DNA of 64,000 nt from Xylographa opegraphella (lineage: Eukaryota). The stretch spans positions 124,001-188,000 of the forward strand of contig JALDZX010000025.1 in NCBI GenBank assembly GCA_022813865.1, in the 5' to 3' direction. Of this stretch, positions 12,083 to 24,941 are shown piece after piece. Position numbers and translations under genes: made by a program. Under the pieces are notes generated by a model that was not told where the DNA came from, made no database searches, and worked only from the letters and a program-made list of their open reading frames with translations. How positions within the stretch are numbered: the first letter of the stretch is position 1; the number at the start of each line of letters is the position of its first letter.

Positions 12083-14279
12083 TTATGGACCTGCTTCCCA
12101 GAACGACCAATCTATGGCATCATAGTCAATCTCGGCGAACGTGTCCGGGTCAAATTCACTAGAAGACATATTGTCCATCAGTACATCTCGGGCTTGCGTG
12201 TCCAGTGGTGGCATAGGCTTCTTGGCCGGTGTGGAACCCAGTGTTTCAGCTTCGTCTAGCTTCCGTTTGCTTGATCCTTCGGACTTCCCGGCTTCAATGT
12301 AGTTTAGTAGCCTGTTCTCGAGATCGACGAGGAAGGCTGGCTTTTGAGGCGGGCGGTACGTGTTCTGCGGATGCTGCTGACGCTCAGCGAGGAAGTTTTC
12401 GCGCGCCTTCCATGCCACAGTCATGAGCTCCACGACGTAAGATTTCCGACGGTCCTCTTGTAGCTCTAAGAGACTGGGGTCTGCGGCGTAGACGTCGGAA
12501 AGCAATTCCCATAACTTCTCGGCTCTAGGTGTATCAAAGCGCCGATGAGCCTCAATCAGGACATAGACCACTACCGAAGTAAGAACTTAGAGATTGCTCG
12601 GAGGATCCATTGGACTTACGTGCGCTCCATTGGAAGTAGCCCTGAAAGCGCCATCGAAAGTGCTTAATGGAAGGATTCGAGTGTGATGCGATGTCGTATT
12701 CCAAACACCGTATGCAGACATCCAACAGTTCTTCTCGATGATATTCACTCAACTTCGACAGTTTGTCATCGTGTGCAAGTGGGTGTAGGGCTAGTCGGCG
12801 CATACAAAAGACAAATGACCGCGCTAATATCTGAAGCAGAACATCGAGCGGTCGAATCGGATCGCAATATTGGAGATATCTTTGGTTCAGACCAGCTTCA
12901 AGACGGTCGATCAATGCCTCTTTCTCGGCTCTCGATAGAGATTTATCTGCGGCCCAAGTGAAGCCTAATTTACTTCCGTCAGCGCGGCAGAATGAGCGCT
13001 GCTCGTATAGAATCCAATACGTCGTGAGACACTGCGACATGCTAGTCAGGCCCTGGCGCTCCTTGGGGGCTTCTCGCATGTTTGGATGTATATCTTCATC
13101 TTCAATGTTCAGCGGCAGTTTAGTGTCCCACGGGGCGGTTAATGTTAGAGAAACGGATCCAGACTTTACACCCATCGCTATGTCGAGATGTTGGAGCTGC
13201 CACCAAAGTCGCCTTCGCCTTTCAGTTTCGTAAGGTGAAAGACCAAGAAGAGTGCCATCCCTTTGTAGACCGCACCTCTCCGCATTGCGGACAACAGCAC
13301 CCATCATTGACCACAGACTCCTCGTGTTGAATCGCTCTAACCCAGCAATCTGGATGTGGATAAGCAACAAAAAAGAAGTTACCGGGTGCGACGACTTACC
13401 ATGTACATGGCCGATGCTTGCATAATGATTATCTCGGACGCACCGAGGAAGTTGCTTCCTGCAAGCGCTTGCTCGCAGAGTAGCTGCAACTCCGAACAGA
13501 AAGTCGACTTGGGTCGGCCTAAAAGCGTTGAGCATTCGTCCTCTGAAAGACTTACGAGGCTGATCAAATACGCGGCGAAGATGAACGCATGCTCCTGAAA
13601 ACCAAGTCCGGCGGGACCATCCGCAGCAGTCGCAATGGCCCGTATTCGCTCTATCTCCCAAGTAAATGATATTTTCATTACGGGGTGCACGCGTTGGTAA
13701 AATATATTCCATAACGTCGTGGCATCTTGTGGGACCGGATGCCTTCCTGCCAGGTTAATGTAAGGATCTCGACAAATGATGCTTTCCAGTGCAAGAGATC
13801 CGGTGCTTGACAGTACCGGTACGCGAGGATACCCGCCACTTAGTCGTGAAGCTGTAGCAGATTCGGCAATCTTGCCGTTCCAGCTATACCATGAAGACCT
13901 TCATTATTAGTTAACGACCGGCCTAGACAGCAAATACGCACGATTCCAGATACGTAAACTCCCCATTCTCCTTCACAATCATGGGGGTAGTGCCTTTCCG
14001 AAGTTGGGCATCATCATCCGCATCATTGTGAAGCTGCTGAACTCGGGACGAGGCCGACGCAGCCGTGGTCTTGGCTTGCGCGTGGTTGTACGGGCCACTG
14101 TGCTCGGAGCGTTCCTGGAGGCTGCGCACGAGGGCCTCCAGCTGCTTGATGCGCTCTGTTTGCGAGATTTCAGGGTATATGCAGTGGTCTTGCTTGCGCC
14201 TCATGCAGTTCGAACATGGCTCCTTTCGGTCGCAGCGAACTTTGCGTTTGACACAGGGCTGGCACGCCTGGGTGTTCAT
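12083..14279 (-). CDS. Zn(II)2Cys6 transcription factor with fungal-specific TF domain
   Basis: CQPCVKRKVRCDRKEPCSNC..C binuclear cluster; middle-homology region GLQRDG..ETERRRRLWWQL..TKLPLNI; several introns. Confidence 0.88.
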
Positions 14280-14399
14280 GGCGCTCAATGAGACCTCCTA
14301 TCAAAAACTTCTCACAGAGCGATCGATGATTAAATTGCAGTACAAGGAATTGCAAGCATTAATTGAATTGGTTTTTTTTTGGTGTCAGGAATCCGAAAG

Positions 14400-14580
14400 A
14401 TCTTTGGCCTCGGAGTCGAGGCCGAGCTCTAATCCCCGGGTAACGGACAGCTTAGAATATCATCGTTCCGGCTGGCGTACCCGCTAATTTCGTCCACTAT
14501 TGTCAATCATTCGTCGGATAACCCCTTTGTCGGACTTTCCGAACTCGGGCCTCGGCCGAGGCCCGACCTCGATTCGGCTC
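14400..14580. promoter_or_regulatory. Divergent promoter with CGG/CCG inverted repeats (candidate Zn2Cys6 sites)
   Basis: Perfect 22-bp palindrome TCGGGCCTCGGCCGAGGCCCGA at 14545-14566; TCGGA-ctt-TCCGA at 14530-14542; GGCCTCG-gagt-CGAGGCC at 14406-14423. Confidence 0.5.
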
Positions 14581-14776
14581 GACGTGGACTATATGTTGTC
14601 ATCAGTCGTTCTGGTTAAGCTGCGAAAGATGTCTGATAAGATCCCTAGTCCCTTGAATATCCTGTCTTCGTATACACATCACTGTTTCGCAGGCCTTCTA
14701 ATGTCAGAATAAGCGGTTTGACTCCAGACGCAGAAGCGACTTTTGAACGACCGTGGGGGAATAGGAGACTCTCACT

Positions 14777-15680
14777 ATGGTTGATCAGATTGAAGACGAG
14801 ATCATCTATCCATCACGCCAAATCGACACACCAACTATGTTGGCCATAGCCTTGGACGTCTTTCTTATTGCGCCCGTACATCATTTCCCTCCTAATACCT
14901 GGTCATATTGCACTGACACAATTCTCTCGGATAGAACGATACTCGGCACAGCCACACCAGCGATCACAGACGGATTCAACAGCTTTGGAGATACAGCATG
15001 GTATGAATCAGGTTTCTTGTTGCCGCTAATGCTCCAGCTGGCCTTCGGTCGAGTGTATGTGAGTGAAGTAAGACGCCAATCAAAGAATAGTAATGATGGT
15101 TGCCCCTAGACACACTATTCAGGCAAATGGGGTACTCAACATACCGAAAGATCCGTTCGAGTCGCAATAACGAAATCTGATCTAGTGCTTATCGCACTCG
15201 TTGTAATATTTGAGATAGACTCCATAGGAATTCCCCACTCCACCAAAAACCCGCGATAGTGCGTTCTTCAATCTCCACAGAGTCAAGAAAAAACCCTCTT
15301 CAACAGCAGAATATTGCCACAAAAACGATTCTTCGCAAGTTTCAAGTTGCCATCGGCATCTCGCTTCTAAATTTCGTTCGACTCCTTGGGGAAACCATAT
15401 TCGTGACTGTGCCAAAATCTGCTGGAAAACAAGCTGATCGATGGTCTCACGGGCAATATTCTGGATTTTGATCCAGCTAGCATAGCCAACCAGAAAGCGA
15501 CCTCACTTTCGAACCTTGGTGCCTGCTGACAAGCTTCCACTTCTACTTGACGTGTACAATGATTCTCTTCGATCAGTGCGCTACATGACTTTGGCGCTAT
15601 CCTGTTTAGTATTTTTTGGATCCCTTGGATGGAGTGGAAATGCGTCAAGAAAGACAACATCCAAGAAAGCGTGCAAGCAT
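14777..15680 (+). pseudogene. Collapsed DHA2-family MFS efflux transporter pseudogene
   Basis: N-terminal DRTILGTATPAITDGFNSFGDTAWYESGFLL..FGRVY and C-terminal VYNDSLRSV..LALSCL..GSLG/MEWK only ~0.5 kb apart; frameshifts; first intron acceptor appears mutated. Confidence 0.75.
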
Positions 15681-16214
15681 GAAAAGGATAGTGTTAAATT
15701 TTCGACACATATTCACAAATATGGAGTACCACAGAGATTATGTTTGCACTCTAACATCATAACAATTACGAGTAGGAAGGAGAAATGTTCTGATCCATGG
15801 TTTCTCGCACATTCGACTCGATCTATCGTATACTGCCTAGTCTTGTGAAGTGTACTGGTTCTTACAACCCCTTTTCAGAAGACTCGTTCCTGTGACACGT
15901 CCCTACGTTCTTGCTTGATCCGCAAGAGAATGAACAACTCAGTCGTGAGTGTCGGCAGGGGCTGCTGGTTCAAACCAGCATATTGGCTGTACGAACCATT
16001 CCAAGGTGTCAAAACCATGTTCGCGAGGATCAGTTATAGCTTGTAGACTCGCTGCATGGTAAATTGATGCACAATATCGATAGAAACAATAGTAGTGATG
16101 GTAGTTGGGAGGAGCACGAATCCGCTACTGGACTAGCGTGAATGCTGCCAAGACATTGAATATGTTCTTGTTCCATGGCCTAAATTGAGCATTTCAATCC
16201 ATTGAGCATTCAAA

Positions 16215-16929
16215 ATGGGTCAGGGCACGTCGAAATCGTCGTCGCCAAGCACGCAGCATGTCTTCGCAAGGTAAAACCAAAAACATGAACATCGATTCGC
16301 AACTCTATATTCCAATGTTGACCACACCTCAGCGACACTCCCGTCCGCTTCTCCCAGGAGCTCATTGATTCTCTGCAAGCAAGTCCAGAGGTATGGCTAC
16401 AAGAGAGAGAGACAGTCACACTAAAATCCAGCTTACTGACAGTCCCTATTAGACCGACAGCACTAGAGCAAAAGATTTAGAGTTACACATACAATCACGC
16501 GTCAACGCCGAGCTGTCACGCCTCGAAGCCGAGCAGACTCGAGCCTTGAAAGAGCTTGAGGACGAAATATCTGCCACTCCAGACTCTACAACTGAATCCT
16601 TACATACGCCTTCGCAACCTGGTGTCCCTGATCAGGCAGCTTCCAAAGGCGGGAGAGATCATACCGCAAAGGCGGACGGAGACAAGCTCCGGGATCTGGG
16701 GCGTGAGAGCGTACAAAAGGAGATCGAAGAGTTGCGGCAGAAGCTGAAGCAAAGAAGGCTCAGAGAAGACATTATCGGGGATAAGGCAGTAGAAAAGTCA
16801 AAGCAGGATATGGTGACATGTTTACGGTTGAACGATCGGAGACCCCTGGACTGCTACAAGGAGGTTGAAGCCTTCAAGAGAGAGGTTGGAAGATTAGAAA
16901 AAGCTTTTCTTGGGAGGATATTGGAGTGA
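16215..16929 (+). CDS. MIC19: MICOS subunit Mic19 (DUF1690)
   Basis: MGQGTS N-myristoylation start; spliced DTPVRFSQELIDSLQASPE/TDSTRAKDLELHIQ; C-terminal CLRLNDRRPLDCYKEVEAFK; two introns. Confidence 0.85.
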
Positions 16930-17528
16930 ATATTCTTGGTGCTTGTGTGATATTCACTGTGATATTCAACCAAAGGACATGTCATGGGAGAAGACGGTGG
17001 CTGAGATACCATTTGTATTATTACACGTCGTCAATATCTGATCGCGACTACAGGCAGCTTTGTTGATGGAGAGGGTCAGACAACCAAGGTTTGCCTCTTA
17101 GCGACCATGTGTGTATATATAGCAAGTTACAAAAAGGCTACAAGGACATTCCCAGTCCATATCAGAGAGCAACTCCCCTGCAGACAGAGAAGGGGTTTCG
17201 AAGGTTCGTTTGCACTACTCCGTATTCTTGAAGCATGTTGTACATTTCACCAGGTCTGTTTCGTACAAAACGAACCGCTTCTTTCAGACGACATCCAGAG
17301 CAGTAGATACAAGCCGAAAGTTCCATCTTCGCATGTATTCTTTGGAGATCAGTGAAGACCCAAAAGCTTACAATTTCATATATGGAATATGAATTGCCTG
17401 CTCATGCGTGAAGAAATTGAAGAAATTTGGATTGGTGAGCTTCGAGAGCCGTGTGAGAAGGAAAAAGCTGAGTCATTAGACAGGGATCTTTGAGTCCGCA
17501 CTAGCAATCCCAACGTTCCATCTCCAAT

Positions 17529-19433
17529 ATGGACAGACTTGCAATGGATACACTAAATGGTACACAATGGGATGTCGTTATCTCAGGCACAGGCTTACCA
17601 CAGTCCCTACTTGCGCTGTATGCTCATCCCACAGCCTGGTCGAGTTGCCGTCTCTGACTGACGCAGCACTTGAGGAAGAGCTCTTTCCCGTTCCGGGAAG
17701 AGAATTATCCATGTGGATCACAATACTTATTATGGAGGAGCGGATGCTGCTCTTAGCTTACAAGATGCAGAGGCTTGGGTACATATAGTGAATGAGCATA
17801 ATGATACACTGGACAGAAATCAGAATTCGCAAAACGATGGAAAAAGTCGAGGTGCTCTACCCGTCGTTTTCCAGAAAGCGGCGATTTTCATACCTACCGA
17901 AAAAGCCAACGTATCGGCACCCAGAGCTCCGGTCTCTGAGCTGGGGTATTCTCGGGCTTACAGTCTTGCTTTGTCGCCACAGCTGATATATACGCGTTCC
18001 GAATTGTTACCTACTCTTGTGTCATCGAAAGTATATCGACAACTGGAGTTTCTAGCGGTCGGTAGCTGGTGGCTGTATGAGTCGGACAAAAGAGATGAGA
18101 GTCGTGCAGTGCCTTCAGCGAAGGATAACACAGGTGGTAAATTAAAGAAAATACCGGGAGGGCGGGAAGATGTCTTTGCAGACAAAACGATCGACCTTAA
18201 GTCAAAAAGAAACCTGATGAAATTCTTGAAACTAGCTGCAGACGTCGAAGCTCAACAGCCCGTCCTCGCGGAATGGGGTCACCGCTCTTTTGAAGACTTT
18301 TTGACCTCACAATTCAGCATATCACTAGAGCTACAATCCGCACTTCATGCTCTTACGTTGTCGTTGCAGCCGCCGACGGCAACAAAGACATCATACGCTT
18401 TACCCCGTATCACGCGGCACCTATCGTCGATTGGTGTATTTGGCCCCGGCTTCGGGTCAGTCATTCCAAAGTGGGGCGGCATGGCAGAAATAGCACAAGT
18501 TGCTTGCCGAGCTGGCGCTGTAGGTGGCGGCATCTACGTCCTTGGTAAAGCTGTCATTGATATTCGCAACAACCACCCGGTGCCTAATGAGGTAAACCAA
18601 CGAAGAGTAACCGTTGGCCTGCAAGATGGAGATACTGTCACGTGTGAATGGATTGCGGGTTCTGACTGTGAACTTCCTGGTCGACCCAGCATCGTTACCG
18701 ACAATAAGTCTTCGTCTTATATTTCGCGCTCTATCACCATTGTGTCATCTTCTTTACTAGAACTGTTCCCCCTCACAGCCGAGGGAGCACCACCGCCCGC
18801 AGGTGCTATTGTGGTATTTCCAACAGGGTCCATAAAACAGCGGACTTCTCCTCCTGTCTATTTTATAATACATTCGAGTGACACAGGGGAATGTCCTACT
18901 GGTCAATGTAAGCAAACCCTAATGTTCGTTTTCTTGCCTTTCATGATGATCAAACACATACGAATACTTATCTACATTGTCTGCAATTCCATTGAAGACA
19001 ATCAACCTCTGACAGTCTGATCTTGCAATCCATCCGTTCTGATGATGCTTCAAATTAATCCGGGTCGTCGGCTAACCATTGTCCGACAGGTGTCATATAT
19101 GCAAGCACGCTGGGATCTGATGCCTTTGACCTCCTCGATATAGCCATACAAAAATTCTTCATGACTTTTGCGGAAGAAGAGAGACCGTCCACGCTTTGGA
19201 AACTGCAATATTCCCAGCAGCAACCACATCAAGAACATGAAAGCCAACCCAAAATTGATATCAACGACGGTATCAACTCATTTCCAGAGTCTGGCACAGA
19301 TCTAGCTTTCGACGACAGTACGCTCGCTACCGTCAGGGAGGCGTGGAATAAGATCAGTGGTGATACTGAGGGCTACATGCAATTTGAGGATCGGGAAATC
19401 GGTGCCTATGATGATGAAGGTGCTTTAACCTAA
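17529..19433 (+). CDS. MRS6: Rab escort protein / Rab geranylgeranyltransferase component A (GDI family)
   Basis: WDVVISGTGLPQSLLAL, DHNTYYGG, QLEFLAVGSWW, EDVFAD and ACRAGAVGGG; introns near 17618 and at 18908-19089; start at 17529 or 17544. Confidence 0.88.
18940..19022 (+). ncRNA. snR62: Intronic box C/D snoRNA, U34/snR62-like
   Basis: Box C ATGATGA 18943-18949 and box D CTGA 19017-19020; guide CTTATCTACATTGT (18967-18980) before a D'-like CTGC is antisense to the recalled 25S rRNA motif ACAAUGUAGAUAAG; lies in an unusually long (182-nt) intron. Confidence 0.7.
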
Positions 19434-21619
19434 TAATATGTTGTTCATGTCGGAATTATAGACTGCAAGATGGTTAGATGACTAGCGATATTGTTTTTTT
19501 GCACTATTATCTCCCGCCCAAGATAGAATATCGAGGTCGTCCCTCGTCAACCTACATACGAGAAACCTCGACATAGAGTATGTCAATATAACGAAGCATG
19601 CGGACCACCCAGATATGGCAACGAAGGACTCCTTCGCAACCATTGGAGACAGCGCCATTTTAGGTGTAATATAGTCACTACCTTACTGGGTACGCTCGAA
19701 GAAGGGTTTACAAAGACTTCATGAAATTCAGCCAAAACCAAACAGCCACGTCTCGAACTTCCCTTGGCAGCCTTGGCAAAAGAAATCTCAATGTGAAACC
19801 AGAGTGCTTTCACGTTTGTCGGCCTTCCAAAGAGAAACTGGCCTGAACGATTCCTTTAATCATCAGTTGTTGTACTCGAACGTGACTTCCAATAGCAGCC
19901 CTAGGCTCTCGATTTAGACTTCGTGCAATCTCGGGGTCGCATATCGGTATTGATGAAAACCCTCAATAGTACACATGATGATGCTGCTGATGACAAAATT
20001 TACTTGCTTTACATGTCTGATAATACTTTGCAAATGAGCTTTTCTTGTCATTTCCTTGTCTTTGTTCCCTCCTTCTATAGTCATCTACGTGTATATCGAA
20101 CTTCTAATATTAGAGAAGTTATCTCAGCCCGGCTCAGCTGTGCATCACTTCTAGCCTCTGCTATATCTATCGCCAATTGTACCGTTCGATCATCTCATAT
20201 GCCTTCTCCGTGAGGGATATCATCACCGCTGATATCCTTCCCGCAGCCTCTCCCACAGCCATTGCTCTGTATCTCTCCTTGTTGACTTTCGCCAACCTTG
20301 ATGTCGTTTCTTTCCGACCCCAAACCTATATAATTCCTGAATGCACATCATCATCGCCTTCCTCTTGTCCGAATTTACACTGTTCTCGCTCCCTGCCATT
20401 CCCAATCCGTCCTCCACCCACACTCTCAACACACGCAGCTCCACCCCGAATACCGCCCCCCATCTTCCCTTCACATCCCTCATCATCCCGTGCACCGCCA
20501 CTAGCTGGGCCTCCATCTGTTCGGGGCACTCCTTCACCCTAGGGCGGGTCTACCACCTCCGACGGCAGTGAAGAAAGGCCTGCGGCGGCGAATCTGTCCT
20601 TGACGTGCCGATAGCCACGGGGTACTCCCGAAGCTAGGACGTTGGGCGTCCTCAGTTGTGATGGCGAGAGCGATGATGACGGCGCCCATGTGCTCTGAGG
20701 GCAGATTGAGGACGCATTTGCTTTGTGCGGAGAAGGTTGAGGGTCGACTGGGAGGAAGAGTCGAGGCCTAGCATGCAGTGATGGCCAAGGAAGAAATTGG
20801 AGGAGAGCGGTGCTAAGTTGGGCGAGGAGTCGGGGTTTGGGGTGCTGATGAGCCAAGACTGGGCTTTCTATTTCAACGATCCGGCGCGGGCCCTGTAACA
20901 CGATCTAGCCCGCGAGACCAGCCGCCTCACGCGCATACGCCCCTGGACGTCGAGCTCGCTACGCCGTCGGACTACAGAGCTGATGCTGGCGTCTCCATGG
21001 CGCTGCCTTCCCCGCTGGAACCAGATCTCTTCGGCGACGAGGAAAGTTAGCGGTGGCAGCCCGCTGGGCTTGAGTGGGATACGAGGATCAGGTTAATACT
21101 ACTTGACGAATTAGGGTCTATGGCTGGGTTTGAGCCAGGGGGGTGGAGGGATAGACGGGCGGAAGGCCGGTGATGGGGTTGGTGGGTATGAGCGGTTGTG
21201 AAGTGGTTTATGGAAGCTAGGGCACTGGGGGAAGTATGTGTCAACATGCTGCTCGATGGGGTTTTAGGTTGTCTGGGAAATGAGCGGGGAAGCTGATTAT
21301 TGCTGGTTGCGGTGGAATGCGCTGGTTGATACCGGTCGACGGGATCTTCTGATTGCAGAACGACGCTTTGGTGCGCAGTAGGTCGCTTGAGTATCTAACC
21401 GAAGATCCTTCGCTGCTTGTCTTTGGTTATTGAAGATGAGCGTGTTGGTCCAATCGCCAAACGAAATGGAATATACTACGACGAATGCGGGGCCTGGATC
21501 ATAATAATTTAGCGCTGCACGCTCACTAGGTAGGTACCCTGTGCTAGATCTAAGAATGTAATGCGGTTTTCAACCTCACAGCGAGGTAGAGGACAGTCGA
21601 TGCATCTCGAATAGCACAT

Positions 21620-23358
21620 TCAATATAAGAACCTGAAGCCCTTCTTCGCCGCCTCGCCAGGTACACCATCCTGCTCTGCAGAGTGGTTTCCATTAATAGC
21701 ACCCTCAACATACTCACCTCTATCAAGCTTCTTATTCAGCCTGATCAGCATAAACCGAAGAGTGACGGCGGCAAGAATGGCTATAAAGGCCGTAGCACAG
21801 TTCACGGCAAACGCAACGACTATGGCACTGTTAGCGTCATCAATGTGCTGATCGTTGGAGCAATACTCACTATATCGAGGTCCGGCAGATGAAGGATACA
21901 TGTAGCTGACATAGATCGAGCTGGTGTTCGAGACCGCGTTAATAGCCGCCAGTGCCGCAGCACGTTTTGCAGGTGGGCGTGGCATGGAATTGGAGATCCA
22001 CTACGGACATCAGTAATAGTTGATAAGTTTCCGATAGAAATACCTACGGCGAGTACGACGACATAGCCGGTATACACTCCAGGAACCATAAGCATCATTG
22101 ATAGGTAGCGAGGACCGGTTGATGTGGTGGCGGCACCAATAATGAAGGCAGCAACACCAACACAGAGGGGTAGCACTACGTGATAGAACCGTTCTCCAGT
22201 CTTATCCGCATGCCAGGCATTCGCCAGAGAAGTTATCACAGCGAGGACCTAGAAGGAGAGTTAAGAATTTAGACCACCATATCTGGAGTTGGGAAAACCT
22301 ACGTATGGTGGAGCGGTTAGTAGAAGGGAATCAATATTGCCATAGCCAAGAGTAGCCACAACCGTTGGGAAGAAATTTGTGACGCCGCCAGAGGCAACAA
22401 TGCAGAAAAGCATAACCATCAATACCCACATCTTGGCATCTTTTATAGCAAGCATGAGACCGTGTCCAAAGGTTTGTGCTTTACTGTTGACCCAGTCATC
22501 TTCACCTATGTCTTCGTCCAGTCTCCAAACCGCAAGCGCTCTTTCTTCTTCCGTAAGCCAAGAAGTTGTTCTAGGAAAGTTAGGCAAGATGAAGAACGCT
22601 AGAATGGCTACTCCGACGGTGATGACGCCCTCAATGATGAAAAGCCACTGCCAGGCCCCAAGACCTTTCGCTCCAGCCAGTCCGCTGACAACTCCAGCTG
22701 CAATTAGGCCTGAGAATGTGCCAGACAGCAAGGCTCCGGAGTACAACAGAGCTGTTCGAAGGCCAAGCTCTTTCCTGGTGTACCATGAAGACAGGAAGAA
22801 AAGACAGCCCGGGAAATATGCAGCTTCCACAAAGCCTAGCATAAATCTTATAGCGAGGAGGCCTCCAAATGATTTGGCCGCTGCTGTCGCTGCGGAGATG
22901 GTTCCCCAGACTATCATCACAGTGGGTAGGTACAGTGCAGGCTTTCCAATCTTGTTGAGAAACAGGTTGGAAGGCACCTGCATAAGCAGATAACCCACAA
23001 ACAGTATGCTCACAGTCGTCTGATACTGTGTACTCGAGAGATTTAGATCTTTCTCCAGACCGGCAAGCCGCGCCGAGGCAATGTTATTGCGATCCAAGTA
23101 GTTCAAGATGTACATGAGGATGATCGTAGGCAAGAGCCGCAAGTCGATCTTCCGAACCAGAGTGCGCTCCAGTCGTTGTCGCTCCTCACGGGACAAATTC
23201 TTGATCAACGGCGGAGCCTCTCTTTTCCGTCGGCTGCTTGTTTGTGTCGCACTGAGCTCCAGGCCATCTACGTATTCTGCCGTGCCCTTTTCCAACCCAT
23301 TGTAGCCTGTTTCGCCTACCCCAGGGGCATAGTCCATCTGGTGCCCGGCGAAGGCCAT
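21620..23358 (-). CDS. MFS transporter, anion:cation symporter (Dal5/Tna1-like)
   Basis: RKIDLRLLP, LDRNNIASAR, QVPSNL, RFMLGFVEA, WYTRKEL and WLFIIEG motifs; three short introns in the 3' half. Confidence 0.9.
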
Positions 23359-24009
23359 TATCGTCGTCGAAAAAGCCTTGGCGGAGGTGTGATCTGTCGG
23401 AGAAAAGGGCGAGATCTAGGAACAGAAGGTGGCTGCATGATGGCTTATAAAGGGTGAGTTGGGCCAACTACAACCGTGTTGTAAGGGTGGGTGAGATCTG
23501 CATGGGCCAAGCTCGTGTGGTGTGTGTTGAAGAACGCGGGGAAAGCAATACGTCAGCAGACACGCTAGGCATTGTCGGCGGGGATTGCCGCCGGAACCCT
23601 AAAACTAGCGCTAGCTTTAAAATTCTTAATCTTCAGCTGTTGGAAGTTGGAATGCCTTCTGTGACGTTGATGTTGGTTACTCTATCAGCCAATCCCCTTT
23701 AGCTCCGGACAATAATCATCAGTACGCCTCCCTGCGTACCACGCTGTCCTCAGAGTAGCCGGGCCTTTTTCCAGAACGAGCTTGTCATAGTAGCAGCACT
23801 ATTTGTTCTTCAGCCAACCCGAACACTTTTCTCTAAACCAATATGCTCCGTGTAATAACTCTAGACTGCTTTCTGTTGTTCTGTAATTTCTTGTCTTAGA
23901 AGAGCATACGATTACTCTCATCCGGATTCACAGAATTAGGCCAAATCGAGCTTCTTTTAGTGCGGGTCTGTCAAAAACTAAAGTCTGGCAAGGCTTTTAT
24001 TTAATTAGC

Positions 24010-24941
24010 ATGGCTCGTATCATGGAGACCACAGGCGATATCTTTGCGGCTCCACCAAACAGTGTCTTAATCCGTATGTATCTCGTCGTGCTCCGTCTTA
24101 GCGTCATGTTGCTTTGCGATCCTTATCTGACCTGTCTTTCCAATTAGATGCTTGTAATTGCAGAGGCGTCTGGGGCAGCGGAGTTGCGTTGGAATTTAAG
24201 AAACGTGTAGGCACTTCGCGTTGCTTATATAGGTAGACAGCCTGACCGAAGCAGTACCCGCAAGCATTCGAAGCATACCACGAAGAATGTAACACCCCGT
24301 CTACCGAATTCCACCAAAAGAGCCTCCTTGGAACGGCACTTCTTATACCACCACAAAAGGACGATCTTACTAGCACCGCAGATGAGGGACATTGGATTGC
24401 ATGCTTGTTCACATCTGTGGACTACGGCAAGAAGGTCTCCTCGGCACTCGTTATTCTTGAAAGCACAAAGAAGGCCATGGCAGATCTCCAGAGAAAAATG
24501 AAGTTCCGAAAAGCCCAAGACCAGAAAATTGGCGATATGTGGGCTGTCAAAATCAATAGCGGAAAGTTCGGCGTGCCATGGGACAGGACCAAGCGGATTC
24601 TAGAGCAATGTGGAATGGACATTAAAGTAGTGGTACCAGGAGCTGAGGTAGTTGGAGCAGCGAATGAGGTTGAGCAGAGTGGCAAGGGGACTTCGAAAAC
24701 CGCCAAGAGTGCCGCTGTAGCAGGAAAGGCGAGCCTGCTCGACGCCCCGAGTGGAGGTTCTGTGATGGAAGAGGATTCCAAATGCACTGTAAAGATCTCC
24801 AAGAAACGCAAGGAAAGAAAGGAGTCGTCGTCTCTTCACGAACCACAGCTGTCGAAGAAAGTCTCGCAGGACCGAATCAAATCCTCCAAAAGACGTAAAG
24901 GAAAGAAGCACGGCGCAAGTAAGAACGAATCGCATTCGTGA
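24010..24941 (+). CDS. POA1: Macrodomain ADP-ribose-1''-phosphate phosphatase (Poa1/TARG1-like) with Lys-rich tail
   Basis: Spliced [53 protein letters not shown]; two 5' introns not captured by the ORF track. Confidence 0.8.

Noticed and set aside
20120..21247. Possible minus-strand hypothetical gene
   Set aside because: Fragmented frames with no motif or clear splice model; noted only as a weak skew island
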